Below are positions 30,295-41,345 of a stretch of 64,000 nt of DNA, one piece after another. Position numbers and translations under genes: made by a program. Source of the DNA: an uncultured Candidatus Rokubacteria bacterium (lineage in GTDB: Bacteria; Methylomirabilota; Methylomirabilia; Rokubacteriales; CSP1-6); assembly GCA_963789955.1 (NCBI GenBank), contig CAWBMV010000022.1, forward strand, positions 416,001 through 480,000, given 5' to 3'. The notes under the pieces were generated by a model that saw nothing but the letters and a program-made list of their open reading frames with translations, ran no database searches and was not told the DNA's origin. Numbering within the stretch: position 1 is the stretch's first letter; the number at the start of each line of letters is the position of its first letter.

Positions 30295-32094
30295 ATGAAG
30301 GAAACTCGAACGATCCGCAGCCTCGTACCGTTCCTCCGACTCCACAAGTGGGGATTCCCTGCGATCGTTGTGCTCGGGTTGCTCCGATCTCTGTCCGAAG
30401 GTGTCGGAATCGGCTTGTTCATTCCGCTGCTCAACGGCCTGGTGGCCGGGACCCAGCCCCGGGCACGAGGGCTATGGCTCGTCGACACGATGGAAGGGCT
30501 GTTCCAAGGCGTGGCGCCGGACCGCCGCCTGGCGATCATTGTCTTGTGCATTTTCGCCGTCGTGCTGGCGAGTGCGCTGCTCGGCTACCTTCACCACATC
30601 CTGTTCGGATGGATCGACGGCAACATCGCCCACGATCTGCGGCGAAGGATCTTCCGGCAACTGCTGACCGTCAGCTTCGGTTTCATCGCGCAAGACCGCT
30701 CAGGACGACTTCTGAACGTCCTGGCCTCGGATACATGGCGGGCCAGCGACGCGATCAGGATTCTCGTTCACCTGATGATCACGACTAGCACCGTCGCCGT
30801 CTACGCTGTGCTTCTGCTTCTGATGTCGTGGCGGCTGACGCTCCTGGTGGCCGCCGCCCTGCTGTTGATCTCTGGCGCGGCCCGACTACTCACCAGGGGT
30901 GCGCGCAAACTCGGGGAGCAAGTGACCCGGTCCAATTCCGAGCTGGCGCATCGGATGGTCGAAGGCATCGACGGGATGAGAGTAATTCGTGCCTTTGGTC
31001 GGGAGCGCCATGAGCAGGGCCGCTTCGATCTGGCGTCGAACCACTTGCGGCGCGTGATGCTTCGAATGAGTTTCCTCGATGGGGTGGTCCATCCGGTCTA
31101 TGAGGTCCTGGCGGCGTCTGTGCTCCTGGGCATCATGTTCATCGCGGCTCCCAGCTCCGGCAATGTCTCGGTCCTCCTCGTGTTCGCCTTCGTTCTGTAC
31201 AGGGTCCAGCCTCGCGTCAAGGAGTTCGACGCGGCACGCACGCGGCTGGCGGCGCTCTCGCCCTCGGTGGAGGAAGTTCTCTCGCTCCTCGACACCGCCG
31301 ACAAGGAGTACCTGAGGTCGGGTACTGTCATTCGCGGGGGGCTTGACCGCAGCATCGTCTTCGACCGGGTGTCCTTCCGGTACAACCCTGCTGATGACCC
31401 AGCGCTGACCGAGGCGTCCTTCAGCATTCCCGCGGGCCAGACCACGGCCTTCGTCGGGCCCTCTGGCGGCGGAAAGTCCACGGTCATCAAACTGCTTCTG
31501 CGTTTCCACGACCCCACGAACGGCACGATCACGGTGGACGGCCGTCCCCTCCCCGAATTCGAGCTCGATTTCTGGCGAAGCCAGATCGCCGTCGTCAGCC
31601 AGGACGTTTTTCTCTTCAACACAACTGTGCGCGAGAACATCGCGTACGGGCGGCTCGACGCCGGCCGGGACGAGATCGTCGAGGCCGCTCGAAAAGCTGA
31701 TGCCCACGAGTTCATCGAGCGTCTCCCGGACAGGTACGACACCGTGCTGGGCCATCATGGCGTGCGCCTGTCGGGTGGAGAGCAACAGCGGATCTCTCTG
31801 GCTCGGGCGATCGTCCGCAATCCGCGCATCCTGATTCTGGATGAAGCAACCAACGCACTCGACAGCATCTCCGAGCAGTGGATACAGGACACGCTGGACA
31901 AGCTGAGCGAGAACCGAACGGTGATCATGATCGCTCACCGCTTGTCGACGATCGAGCGGGCTGACCAGATCATCGTCCTCGAGAAGGGTCGGGTCCGGGA
32001 ATGCGGAAGGCTGCCGGAACTGGTGAAGGCGGGAGGCCTATTCGCCAGACTGCACCGTCTTCAGCATCGGCCGGCTCTCACCCCGAAGGAATGA
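30295..32094 (+). CDS. ABC exporter, fused permease/ATPase (MsbA/HepA-like)
   Basis: N-terminal TM domain; GPSGGGKST, LSGGEQQR, ILILDEAT, IAHRLSTI. Confidence 0.92.
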   Translation: MKETRTIRSLVPFLRLHKWGFPAIVVLGLLRSLSEGVGIGLFIPLLNGLVAGTQPRARGLWLVDTMEGLFQGVAPDRRLAIIVLCIFAVVLASALLGYLHHILFGWIDGNIAHDLRRRIFRQLLTVSFGFIAQDRSGRLLNVLASDTWRASDAIRILVHLMITTSTVAVYAVLLLLMSWRLTLLVAAALLLISGAARLLTRGARKLGEQVTRSNSELAHRMVEGIDGMRVIRAFGRERHEQGRFDLASNHLRRVMLRMSFLDGVVHPVYEVLAASVLLGIMFIAAPSSGNVSVLLVFAFVLYRVQPRVKEFDAARTRLAALSPSVEEVLSLLDTADKEYLRSGTVIRGGLDRSIVFDRVSFRYNPADDPALTEASFSIPAGQTTAFVGPSGGGKSTVIKLLLRFHDPTNGTITVDGRPLPEFELDFWRSQIAVVSQDVFLFNTTVRENIAYGRLDAGRDEIVEAARKADAHEFIERLPDRYDTVLGHHGVRLSGGEQQRISLARAIVRNPRILILDEATNALDSISEQWIQDTLDKLSENRTVIMIAHRLSTIERADQIIVLEKGRVRECGRLPELVKAGGLFARLHRLQHRPALTPKE

Positions 32095-32104
32095 CGGATC
32101 GGTC

Positions 32105-33345
32105 GTGCGCTATACGCTGTTCGATATCGAGGTGACGCGTCCGGTGAACGACCTCTCGTTGTCGCCCGGTGACGCGGGGGTCGCCATTCTGGTACGCCGA
32201 AAGGGCGTCCCCATCGGATTCTGGTTGCAGGAGGCGAACGGGACCCAGCGTGTGTCGGCTGGCGAGTTGGCAAAAAGAATCGGTGCCGAAGCGGGCGAGA
32301 AGATCCTCGCCGACGCGATCCGCGAAGAGTTGGCGCCCTCTGTCCTCTGTCGTGTCTCTTCCTCTGCTGACCATTGCGATCTGCACGAAGGACCGGCCCG
32401 CGGGTGTCGAGCGGCTTCTTCGATCCTTGGTGGAGCAGGCGGCCGCTCTACCCGAGGGAAGCGCGGGCCTCGAGATCCTCATCATTGACAACGCCCCCTC
32501 GGACGAGCGCACGCGAGAGGTGGCCGCACAGTGGTCCGAGGTCCGCTACGTCCGCGAGCCTCGACCCGGCCTCAACTTCGCTAGAAACCGTGCCCTACGG
32601 GAAGCGCGAGGCCAAATCCTTGCCTTTCTGGACGACGATGTCATCGTCGACCAGCATTGGGCGGCCGGCTTTGCCAACGCATGGGCGGACAACCCCGACG
32701 CCGCCGCCTTCACCGGTCAGGTCCTTCCGATGGAATTGGAGACGGAGGCGCAGATCCTCTTTGAGGAGCGCGGCGGGTTTCGCCGTGGCTTTGACCGAGT
32801 CCGCTACGGGCCGGTCCTGCCAGGCAACAGCCTGTATCCCGGCGGCGCGGGGATCTTCGGGGCCGGTGCGAACATGGCCTTCAGGGTCGACGTGCTTCGG
32901 CGCATGGGAGGCTTCGACGAGGCATTGGACACCGGTGCCGCTGTTCCCGGCGGCGGCGATCTGGACATCTTCTATCGGATCATCCGTGCGGGCCACGCGC
33001 TCGTCTACGAGCCGCGATTCCTCGTCTTCCACCAGCATCGCCGTGACATGAAGGCTCTGCTCGTCCAGTACCGGCGCAGTTGGGGCCTCGGCTTCATGTG
33101 CTACATACGCAAGTGCCTCGCGACCGACCCAGAGCGGCGAATGAACCTGATCCGTCTCATCGTCTGGTGGGTCGTCAATGACGCGACCACTCTGCTGAGG
33201 CATATTAAGAAAAAAGCCCTGGGGCAAGCCCTGTATGCCGCCTTCCATCTTCCTCGGTGAGCTCTGGGGCGGCGTTGTCGGTCTGTTGGGAGGCTACTCG
33301 CGTTCTCAACGGCGGGTCGAAGCGATCCGGAAGCGATTCCCATGA
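32105..33345 (+). CDS. GT2 glycosyltransferase with N-terminal extension; frameshifts at ~32345 and ~33225
   Basis: AICTKDR, IIDNA, GLNFARN, FLDDD, GAGANMAFR, GGFDEAL; corrected frame ends at TGA overlapping the next ATG. Confidence 0.85.
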
Positions 33346-34786
33346 GCGGCGCTCCGGCTGCACCTCCGGCGCAGAGAAGCGGCATGAGGCACTTCCTTCC
33401 GTGGGAGATTGTGCACGTGGCAGTTCGGGAGCGCCTTCCTGCCCTGAGCTCGCAGACGGGATTGGGGGGGCTTTTCGTGGTGTTCTGGTGCGACAGCGTG
33501 CCGGTGGGTCAGCTGTGGATCCCGGCCTCACTGCTCCCCATCACCTCTTCACAGGTCGCGGCGATAGTTCCACCACTCATTGCCCGGGCTGTCGGTGATC
33601 GGCTCCTGAGCACCGGCTTTCGGGCCCCACTTCCTGTCGCGCCGCGAAAACAAACGCCACAGGATGCCCCGGATCTGGCGCGTCTGCTCGAGTTAGGACG
33701 CCCGCTCGAGTCATGCTCCCGGGTTGCTCCTCCGTGGAAGTCCGAGCCATCTGAAGCAGCCGTGCCATCCGTCTCGGTCGTGATCTGCACAAGGAACCGA
33801 CCTGAGGCTCTCGAGAAATGTCTCTCTTCGTTGCGCAGTCTTTCACCGCAGCCGAACGAGATCGTCGTGGTCGACAACGACCCGTTGTCCGGCCTGACTC
33901 GGCAGTGACGGCTGCGTTTCCCGAAGTCCGCTACGTGCCCGAACCGCGGCCTGGTCTGAGCGCAGCCCGCAACACAGGTATCCGCAATTCGGTGGGCGCC
34001 ATCATTGCCTTCACCGATGACGATGTGATGGTGCACCCTGGCTGGATCGGGGCAATTCGGGGCGTCCTTCACGACCCGGACGTCATCGCCACTACGGGAC
34101 TCATCCTGCCCGCCGAGCTCGCGACAGCGGCGCAGTACGCTTTCCAGGTCGATGGTCTGCGCTGGGGTTGGGGATACCGCGCGCTCGACTTCGACCGGAA
34201 CTTCTTCAGCAGCACGAGGCGCCTTGGCGTGCCGGTCTGGCGGGTTGGCGCTGGCGCCAACATGGCCTTCCGGCGGAAGGCCTTCGAGCGTGTCGGTTTC
34301 TTCGACGAGCGATTGGGCGCAGGGGCCTCTGGGTGCAGTGAGGATTCCGAGCTGTGGTACCGCTTGCTGGCGGAAGGTTATCGGTGTCGTTACGAACCAA
34401 CGGCCGTGGTCTTTCATACTCACCGGTCGGACTGGAAGGGGTTGTCCGATCAGGTGTTCTACTATATGCGGGGCCATGTGGCAGCACTGCTTTTTCAATT
34501 CGACCACTACGGGCACTGGGGCAATCTCTATCGCGCGTTCCTGGCGCTCCCGTTCTACTTCATGAGGCTCGCTCTCCACTCCCTGAAGAGAACGGTCGGA
34601 AGGTGGATCATGGATTTTGGCGAGGGGTCGCTCACGTTGCCGCTGGGGCAGCAGATTCGAGGAGCCGTCGCGGGGTACGCGTACTACGTCCGGTGCCACC
34701 GCCTCGGTGCCCGGCCGACGACCCCAGAAGCGGCACGCGCTGTGCGTTTCACGCCCCCTGCGGCCGGTCGCAACGATCGTGCATAA
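33342..34786 (+). CDS. GT2 glycosyltransferase, frameshifted at ~33900
   Basis: VVICTRNR, VVDND; then GLSAARN, FTDDD, GAGANMAFRR, SED. Confidence 0.87.
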
Positions 34787-35525
34787 GAGTCCGCTGTCCA
34801 CGTTTCTTTCACGCAATCCTTTCGAGTTCCCCGAGACGCTTGGTTTCTTCTATCGCGAGAAAATGCGCGCCATTCACCGCGTGGCGCCCGATTCGCCTTT
34901 CACAGAAGTCCTTGAGGTTGGGGGCGGGCGGAGCGGGCTGACGCGCCTCTTATATCCCACTGCCCGTATCACGAACCTGGATTCGGACCCTTCGTTGGCC
35001 GAGGCCCCGTGCAACCGTCAGAATGCGGTTCGCTTTGTGTGCGCCGACGCGACACGGCTCGACTTCGACTCCCAATCGTTCGATGCCGTCACCATGTTCG
35101 ACGTGCTCGAGCACATCCCCGATCATGGGCGCGCCATATCGGAGGCCCTGCGCGTCCTGAGGCCCGGCGGCTACCTGCTTGTCAGCACACCGAACGAGCG
35201 CTGGTGCTTTCCGTACTACCGCTTCATGAGAGCCATGTGTCCGAGCGAGGAGGAGATGTTCGCTGCGTGGGGTCATGTGCGCCGCGGATACTCTCTCGAA
35301 CAACTCGACGAATTGATCGCGATTCCTCGCGAACGATCCGCAACCTTCATCTCTCCCGTGACCGTTCTCTGCCACGACGTTGCGTTCTCTCGGATGCCCG
35401 CGCGACTGCGGCGGGGAATCTGCATGGCCCTCTTGCCCATCACGTGGATCGGCTACGCTGTCCACAGCTCCGACAGCACGGGAACGGAGACGGCCTCAGC
35501 CTGGCGGAAGCCGGCAGAGGCCTGA
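34779..35525 (+). CDS. Class I SAM-dependent methyltransferase
   Basis: VLEVGGGRSG, DATRL, FDVLEHI, RVLRPGG, STPN. Confidence 0.87.
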   Translation: MHKSPLSTFLSRNPFEFPETLGFFYREKMRAIHRVAPDSPFTEVLEVGGGRSGLTRLLYPTARITNLDSDPSLAEAPCNRQNAVRFVCADATRLDFDSQSFDAVTMFDVLEHIPDHGRAISEALRVLRPGGYLLVSTPNERWCFPYYRFMRAMCPSEEEMFAAWGHVRRGYSLEQLDELIAIPRERSATFISPVTVLCHDVAFSRMPARLRRGICMALLPITWIGYAVHSSDSTGTETASAWRKPAEA

Positions 35526-36859
35526 TGGCGAAGAAATAGCGCACATCCTCCTCTCCTATCCAGAAGATCGCCCTGTTACCGTGGGGTGATCTGATCGAGG
35601 ACTTTCTCGACGGGATCGGAGTGTCCCTGGAAGATTTCTCCTCGAGGATGACCGGCGGGTGGCTCTTCGGCTATGTCGAGGCGCTAGCCCTCCATGGGAT
35701 TCGAAGCAGCATTTTCTGTTTCTCGGCCCGCGCGGAACGCACCGTCCACACGGTGCACCAGGCCACGGGCGCTGAGATTGTTCTGCTGCGGGCGCCCGCG
35801 GCATACCGCAGGCTTCGCCGCCACATGAATGACCCCTATGGCTGGAACGCCGAAGCCATGTTTGGCGCGAGCGGGAAACTCTCGCGGCGGGGTTGGCGTC
35901 TCGCACACGATGTGGCGCCCTATCTCGCGACCTCGGTGATGGCCCTCTGCCGCGAAGTCCGCCGCGCGCGATGCCGCGCTATCTTGTGCCAGGAGTACGA
36001 GGCGCCCCGGTTCGACGCTGCAGTGGCGGTCGGGGGGCTGTTACGCATTCCGGTCTTCGCCACCTTTCAGGGCGGGAGTTGGCACCGGAGCCGTCTCGAG
36101 CGACACCTCCGGTCGCTGACCCTCCGGCGCTGCGCAGGCCTCATCATCGGATCTTCGCTCGAAGCGGCTCGGGTTCGAGAACACTACGGGACACCGCCCG
36201 AGCGAATCGCCAGCATCTTCAATCCGCTCGATCTCTCGGTGTGGCGGCCCGGCTCGCGGCAGGATGCGCGCCGAAAGCTTGGCATCCCGGACACGACTCG
36301 CATGGCGATCTGGCACGGTCGAATCGAGATCCGGAGGAAGGGTCTCGACCTCCTGCTCGAGGCGTGGAGGACCGTGTGCTCGCTGCGATCGGAACGGGAC
36401 ATCCTGTTGATGCTCGTCGGCTCCGGCCCCGACGCGGATCACCTCGACGAGGAGATCAGGCGGACGGCCGTTCCGCACGTTCGCTGGATCCGGGAGTATG
36501 TCCTGGACCGAGCCAGCATTCGCCAATACCTGAGCGCGGCAGACGTGTATGTGTTCCCCTCCAGGCATGAAGGATTTCCAGTCGCGCTGCTCGAGGCCAT
36601 GGCCTGTGGCCTCCCCGTCGTTGCCGCATCGGCCCCCGGAGTCGGCGACATTCTCAACGAGGGGGAACAGTCTGGGGGATTAGTCGTGCCCATCGGTGAT
36701 GCGACCTCGCTTGCGAGGCACCTGGGCCGTTGCCTGGACGACGAGCCATGGGGCGCAATGCTAGGCGCGCGAGCCCGCGGCCGCGTCGAGCGAGCCTTTT
36801 CCCTTGAAGCTATCGGAGCTCAGCTCCACGAGTTGATCCGAAGCGGGGAGGGACGATGA
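35525..36859 (+). CDS. GT4 glycosyltransferase; in-frame TAG at codon 5 of the likely start
   Basis: HGRI..KGLDLL, ADVYVFPSRHEGFPVALLEAMACGLPVV; frame extends upstream of 35621 (IALLPWGDLIEDFLD) to the ATG at 35525. Confidence 0.87.
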
Positions 36860-36890
36860 CTGACGGAGAGCCTCCCGGAGGCTGAAGACC

Positions 36891-37847
36891 ATGCAACGCA
36901 TTTCGGTCATCATTTGCTCCCACAACCCGCGGGCGGACTATCTCGGTCGCGTGCTGGACTGCCTGAAGGCGCAGACAGTCTCCAAAGAGGAATGGGAACT
37001 GCTGCTCGTGGACAATTGCAGCGAGCGGCGTCTGGCCGACGTCTGGGACTTGTCGTGGCATCCGCAGCACGCCCATATCCGCGAAGATGATCTCGGCTTG
37101 ACCGCCGCCCGGCTGCGGGGCATCAGGGAGGCCCGCGGCGAACTGCTGCTCTTCGTAGACGATGACAATCTGTTGGCGCCGGACTATCTGGATCGTGCCG
37201 CCGCCCTGGCACGAACGTATCCATATCTCGGCGTGTTCGGAGCCGGTGTCCTCGAGCCCGAGTTCGAAGTGCCGCCCCCGCGGCAGCTGGCGCCCCATTT
37301 GCCGCTGCTGGCACTGCGAAGCGTGTCAAGCGAGCGGTGGACCAACAACCCTGCCGACAGTGGCTGTGTGCCGTGGGGAGCGGGACTGTGCGTCACTCGC
37401 CCCGTGGCGGCGGCTTATCCGCAGTCGGTCGAACGCTTGAAGATCGGCCATCTATTGGATCCACGCGGGCACCGTCAATTCCGTGGCGGCGACGATTTGT
37501 TCTCCTGGGTTGCGGCTTCCATGGGACGTGGATTCGGCATTTTCCCCGAGCTCAGGGTTACCCACCTCATTAGGGCCGACCGGCTGACCCAATCCTTTTT
37601 TCTCCGTCTCCTTCACGACCGCGCCTACTCGCATGGCGTTCTGGGGTACCTGGTGTTCGCCAAGGCGCCTCGTCCATTGGATCTCGCGCAAACCCTTCGG
37701 ATCGCGCTCCACGGGATCCGTCGGGGCCGGTTCTCGATGAGATGCCAGTGGGCCTCCGCCCGGGGGGCCAGCCGCGCGGCCCAGTTGATTTCGGTTGAGG
37801 CGTTGAATGCATCCTGGCCTCAGGCGATCCGGAAGCGGTTTTCATGA
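36891..37847 (+). CDS. GT2 glycosyltransferase
   Basis: ISVIICSHNP, LVDNCS, GLTAAR, FVDDDN. Confidence 0.88.
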   Translation: MQRISVIICSHNPRADYLGRVLDCLKAQTVSKEEWELLLVDNCSERRLADVWDLSWHPQHAHIREDDLGLTAARLRGIREARGELLLFVDDDNLLAPDYLDRAAALARTYPYLGVFGAGVLEPEFEVPPPRQLAPHLPLLALRSVSSERWTNNPADSGCVPWGAGLCVTRPVAAAYPQSVERLKIGHLLDPRGHRQFRGGDDLFSWVAASMGRGFGIFPELRVTHLIRADRLTQSFFLRLLHDRAYSHGVLGYLVFAKAPRPLDLAQTLRIALHGIRRGRFSMRCQWASARGASRAAQLISVEALNASWPQAIRKRFS

Positions 37848-38815
37848 GCAACTTCGAAGTGGTGATCTGCACGTACAACAATGCGGCGATGCTGGACGGC
37901 GTGCTCACATCCCTGGCTCGCCAGAAGCCTGTTCGAGATGGGCGTTGGTCCTGCCTGGTGGTGAACAACAACTGCACCGATCGCACCGCCGAAGTCGTTC
38001 AAAAGCACATCAGTGCGGGAGCCATTCCCGGCCTTCGATCGGTCCGGGAGACCAGGCAGGGCCTGACCCCCGCGCGTCTCTGCGGTGTGCGGAGTACGGG
38101 GGCGCAATGGACGGCATTCGTGGACGACGATTGTTTCCTCGAGCCGGACTGGATTGTGAATGCGATGGCGTTTGCCGGGAGCCATCCTGAAGCCGGAGCA
38201 TTCGGCGGAAAGGTTATTCTCGATTGGGAAGTAGAGCCTCCGTCCTACGTGCGTGGATATGGCTACTCCTTCGCGGAGCAGAACCACGGAGATTCCCGGC
38301 GTCCGGTGGCATTTCTTGCGGGAGCGGGGCTGGTCCTCAATCGCGACGCTCTTACAAAGTGTGGATGGATCAACGGACCACTGCTTGAGGATCGTGTCGG
38401 AAAAAGCCTGGTATCGGGAGGCGACGTGGAGATCGTCCTTCGCATCAGCGCTGCAGGCTATGTGCTGTGGTATGTGCCGGAGTGCGAACTGCATCATCGA
38501 ATACCGCAGAGACGGACCTCTCCGCCTTACCTTCGCGACATCAACCGTAACCTGGGTATCAGCCAGACATTGGCGGATGCGCTGGTCTACAGGCGTTCCA
38601 GTCTGCGATGGATTCTCGATTCTTTCAGCAAGGCCGCCAACCATGTGCTGGGCCTTCTGCGGCTGGCGATTCAGGGGGCACGCCGTTCGCGATCTTTGAC
38701 GGACATCTCGATTCAGGCAAGTTTCAACCTGGGTCAGCTTCAGGGCATATGGCGGATCTTCCGGATGCCGCCGGCACGCCGGAATGAACTGTTGGGACGT
38801 GCCCGCTCGCACTAA
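37844..38815 (+). CDS. GT2 glycosyltransferase
   Basis: VVICTYN, VNNNCTD, GLTPAR, FVDDD, SGGDVE. Confidence 0.88.
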   Translation: MSNFEVVICTYNNAAMLDGVLTSLARQKPVRDGRWSCLVVNNNCTDRTAEVVQKHISAGAIPGLRSVRETRQGLTPARLCGVRSTGAQWTAFVDDDCFLEPDWIVNAMAFAGSHPEAGAFGGKVILDWEVEPPSYVRGYGYSFAEQNHGDSRRPVAFLAGAGLVLNRDALTKCGWINGPLLEDRVGKSLVSGGDVEIVLRISAAGYVLWYVPECELHHRIPQRRTSPPYLRDINRNLGISQTLADALVYRRSSLRWILDSFSKAANHVLGLLRLAIQGARRSRSLTDISIQASFNLGQLQGIWRIFRMPPARRNELLGRARSH

Positions 38816-38843
38816 GTGACTGCAGGAGCGACTTCGAACGGCG

Positions 38844-39882
38844 CTAGCGCTTCACGGGGACTTCGACGGATTTGTCATCGATACTCAGGCGGACCAGAAG
38901 ATCGACCGGAGTCGAGCGGCCGGTCGGCACCGTTCCACGGTAGGTACCCGGCTCCGAGAGGGCGCCCATCGCAATGCTCTCGACAGTCCCATCCGCCATG
39001 TGCGCAATGAGCCGGACGCTAGAGACCACCACGGGCCGGCCCTGAGCACTCAAAAGGCGCACGGTATACGAATCGCCCCAGCCCCGCGATATCGGCTTCC
39101 GCACAAGCTCAGCCCGGCGCGCGCCCACTGACTGCGTGGGCCGCGGCTTTCGGCGTCGCCGCCTCGGGCGGCAGCGCGCTAGCCACCCGGTCCGACGATG
39201 CTGGATTCCCCGGACTCGGTCGCACCGTGGCGCTGAGTCTCGGGCCGTGGCCGCCCGCGATCTCGTCGGTCCCGCCGCTCGCCGGCGCAGCGTTTTCACT
39301 GGCCGGGATGCTAGCGACACGTGGTCGGCGGCTGGGTTCTTTGGGGGTGGCACCCGGGGACACCAGTTTCGTTCTCGCTGGACCGTCGTCCGGCGGCGAC
39401 TCGCCATTCGGCCGGGCCGGGGGTGGAGTCTCACTGCGCGCGCTCTCGTGGGTCTGATACATGACTAGTGACAACAGGAGCGCAGCCACCGTCACACCGA
39501 TCGCTACGCCGAGAAGCGCCGGGATCGGCCTGCCTGACCGCTGAACGCCAGGACTGCTCTCGATCGACTCCTGGTCTTCGTGCTCCGCCAGGGAGAGGTG
39601 CTCGATCCGCACTAGAGGGCTCCTGTCCGCGGCTGAGTCGGTCGTTGGGTCGGCCGACGTCGGGACGATGACAAACCCATCGGCCGCGAGCGCACGGTCG
39701 ACTTGACGGTGGCGGCGGTCTTCCTTCGAATCAGGCGCCCAGGAAGACTCCCCACCGCGCCGATCGATGATGATGTCCACATGGTCGCCCGGGCTCAGTG
39801 ACTCCTGCAGAGCCATGATGAAGTCTGCGCTCCGCAGCGAGCGGCCAGAGATGATGCATAGGCATCTAGGCGAAACCGACAC
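38844..39882 (-). CDS. Hypothetical single-pass membrane protein, frameshifted at ~39140
   Basis: SD GGAGG then GTG; N-domain IIIDRR..DRR, TM LLGVAIGVTVAALLLSLVMY, Pro-rich linker, beta-rich C-domain (YTVRLL..GTYRGTV) in a second frame. Confidence 0.55.
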
Positions 39883-40150
39883 CAAGTCCTCCGCGCCCTG
39901 CGACTGAAGATACCTGAGCGACTCACCGAGATTGTAGCCCGATGTGATGGACTCGGGGCCAGGTATGCACGTGCCGCTCCGCGGTTGCCGCAACGAAGTC
40001 GGACTTATGGAGGTTTCTCAGGGCAGACGGCGGAGCCGGCCCATGAAGCGATTTCGATAGAACGGCTGTTACCGATCCTTGCGGACTTGCCGGAAGGCGT
40101 GACCGAATTCAACCCCTGTGAATCTCAGGACAATAGCCGATAAATGGACC

Positions 40151-41025
40151 TCAGGATTGGCGACGGGCTTTTCTGCCACGGAGTCTCTGCACTGCGGCTA
40201 GTCCCGCAATTCCAAGACCGAACATCGTCAAGCTTGCCGGTTCCGGAACCGGAGTGGTCCCAGTTTCACCGGATCCCGCGTGGAAGTTATTGAGAAAGAC
40301 GGCGCTGTCAAGTTCGCCGTCATTCACGTCACCGACTTCGAAAATGATGGAATGCGCCCCTGCGCCAAGGGAGCTCGAGAATGTCGTCAGTTTCACGAGG
40401 CCGTGCGGATCGCTAAAAGCGGTGTTCGTATCCGCTGTGGTCAGCACGCTGGCAAATGTGCTGCCGACTTGAACGGCATTGAGGCTCGCGTCAAACACAA
40501 TTTGGTTCGCCGTCGCTGTCCCGTCCAAAAACGCCACGAAGGCATCGGTGAAGTTATTCGTGAATACGGGAAACTCAACAGACCCGAAAACAAAATCAAA
40601 ACCCACTTGGCTGGCAGAGGCCAAGGTGAAGTTCACCTGCAGGGCGGCCACGTTGTGTGAGCTATTGAAGTTAGTGATGTGTCCGGGGCCGTAGGCGTCA
40701 AACGCTGTCGTCCCCGCCGCTCCCGTATCCGTACTGGGTGAACTGCCATTACTATGGAACGCGGCAGTCCCCTGGACCGCCAGACCGGTCGATAGCACAA
40801 CCCCATCGCCGAAGGTGACGGGGGGCTCGTAAAGCCCGTGTAGGTGCCAAACTGGCTGGCGGCACCATTGTTAGTCGTAACGGAATTGATCGTGAGGCCG
40901 GCTCCGCCTAGCGCAGTCCCAAGGGCGGTCCCATCCGTTGTCTGGGTGATGCTCAGCGCCCAGGCCGACGTCGCCAGTAGTACGGCGCACACGGTGGCGA
41001 TCGAGGCTGACAATAACTTATTCAT
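40151..41025 (-). CDS. PEP-CTERM surface protein with choice-of-anchor-L-like domain; frameshift in a G6 run at 40820-40825
   Basis: Signal peptide; GVVLSTG, FDFVFGSVEF..DAF, IFEVGDVNDGELDSAVFL; C-terminal VPEPASLTMFGLGIAGLAAVQRLRGRK. Confidence 0.88.
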
Positions 41026-41100
41026 GTCCGTTCCCCCCTTTGCGCGAGAAGGAACCTCTATTAGAAAAGCCTCGTCTCGCCACGGCTTGCACCTGAATCA

Positions 41101-41334
41101 TGCATAATCGATGCTATTTGGGTGTATGTCGTAAATCCAAATAGTTAGCTAGATCGCCCGAAATCTTAACGTCGCCAAAGCGCAGAAGTGAAAGGTTTCC
41201 TTTACAGTGAAGGTGCATTCGCATCTAAGGTTGGCTGTTGCGCGCTCATTCATACCTAAACCTCTGTAAACACAGGACGACATGTACTACGCGCAAAAAG
41301 GCGATGGGTTAACAAGTTGTAAGGATCCTCGACT
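41101..41334 (-). promoter_or_regulatory. AT-rich upstream control region with three TGTAA..(CG/TT)xCA-type boxes and an imperfect sigma54-like site
   Basis: Boxes at 41189-41206 (minus strand), 41265-41282 and 41318-41334; TAGCAT-N5-ATGCA at 41116-41101. Confidence 0.5.
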
Positions 41335-41345
41335 GGAGCGCCGTC

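Noticed and set aside
40820..40825. Phase variation by a poly-G tract in the PEP-CTERM gene
   Set aside because: The run is only 6 nt and similar indels occur in many ordinary genes
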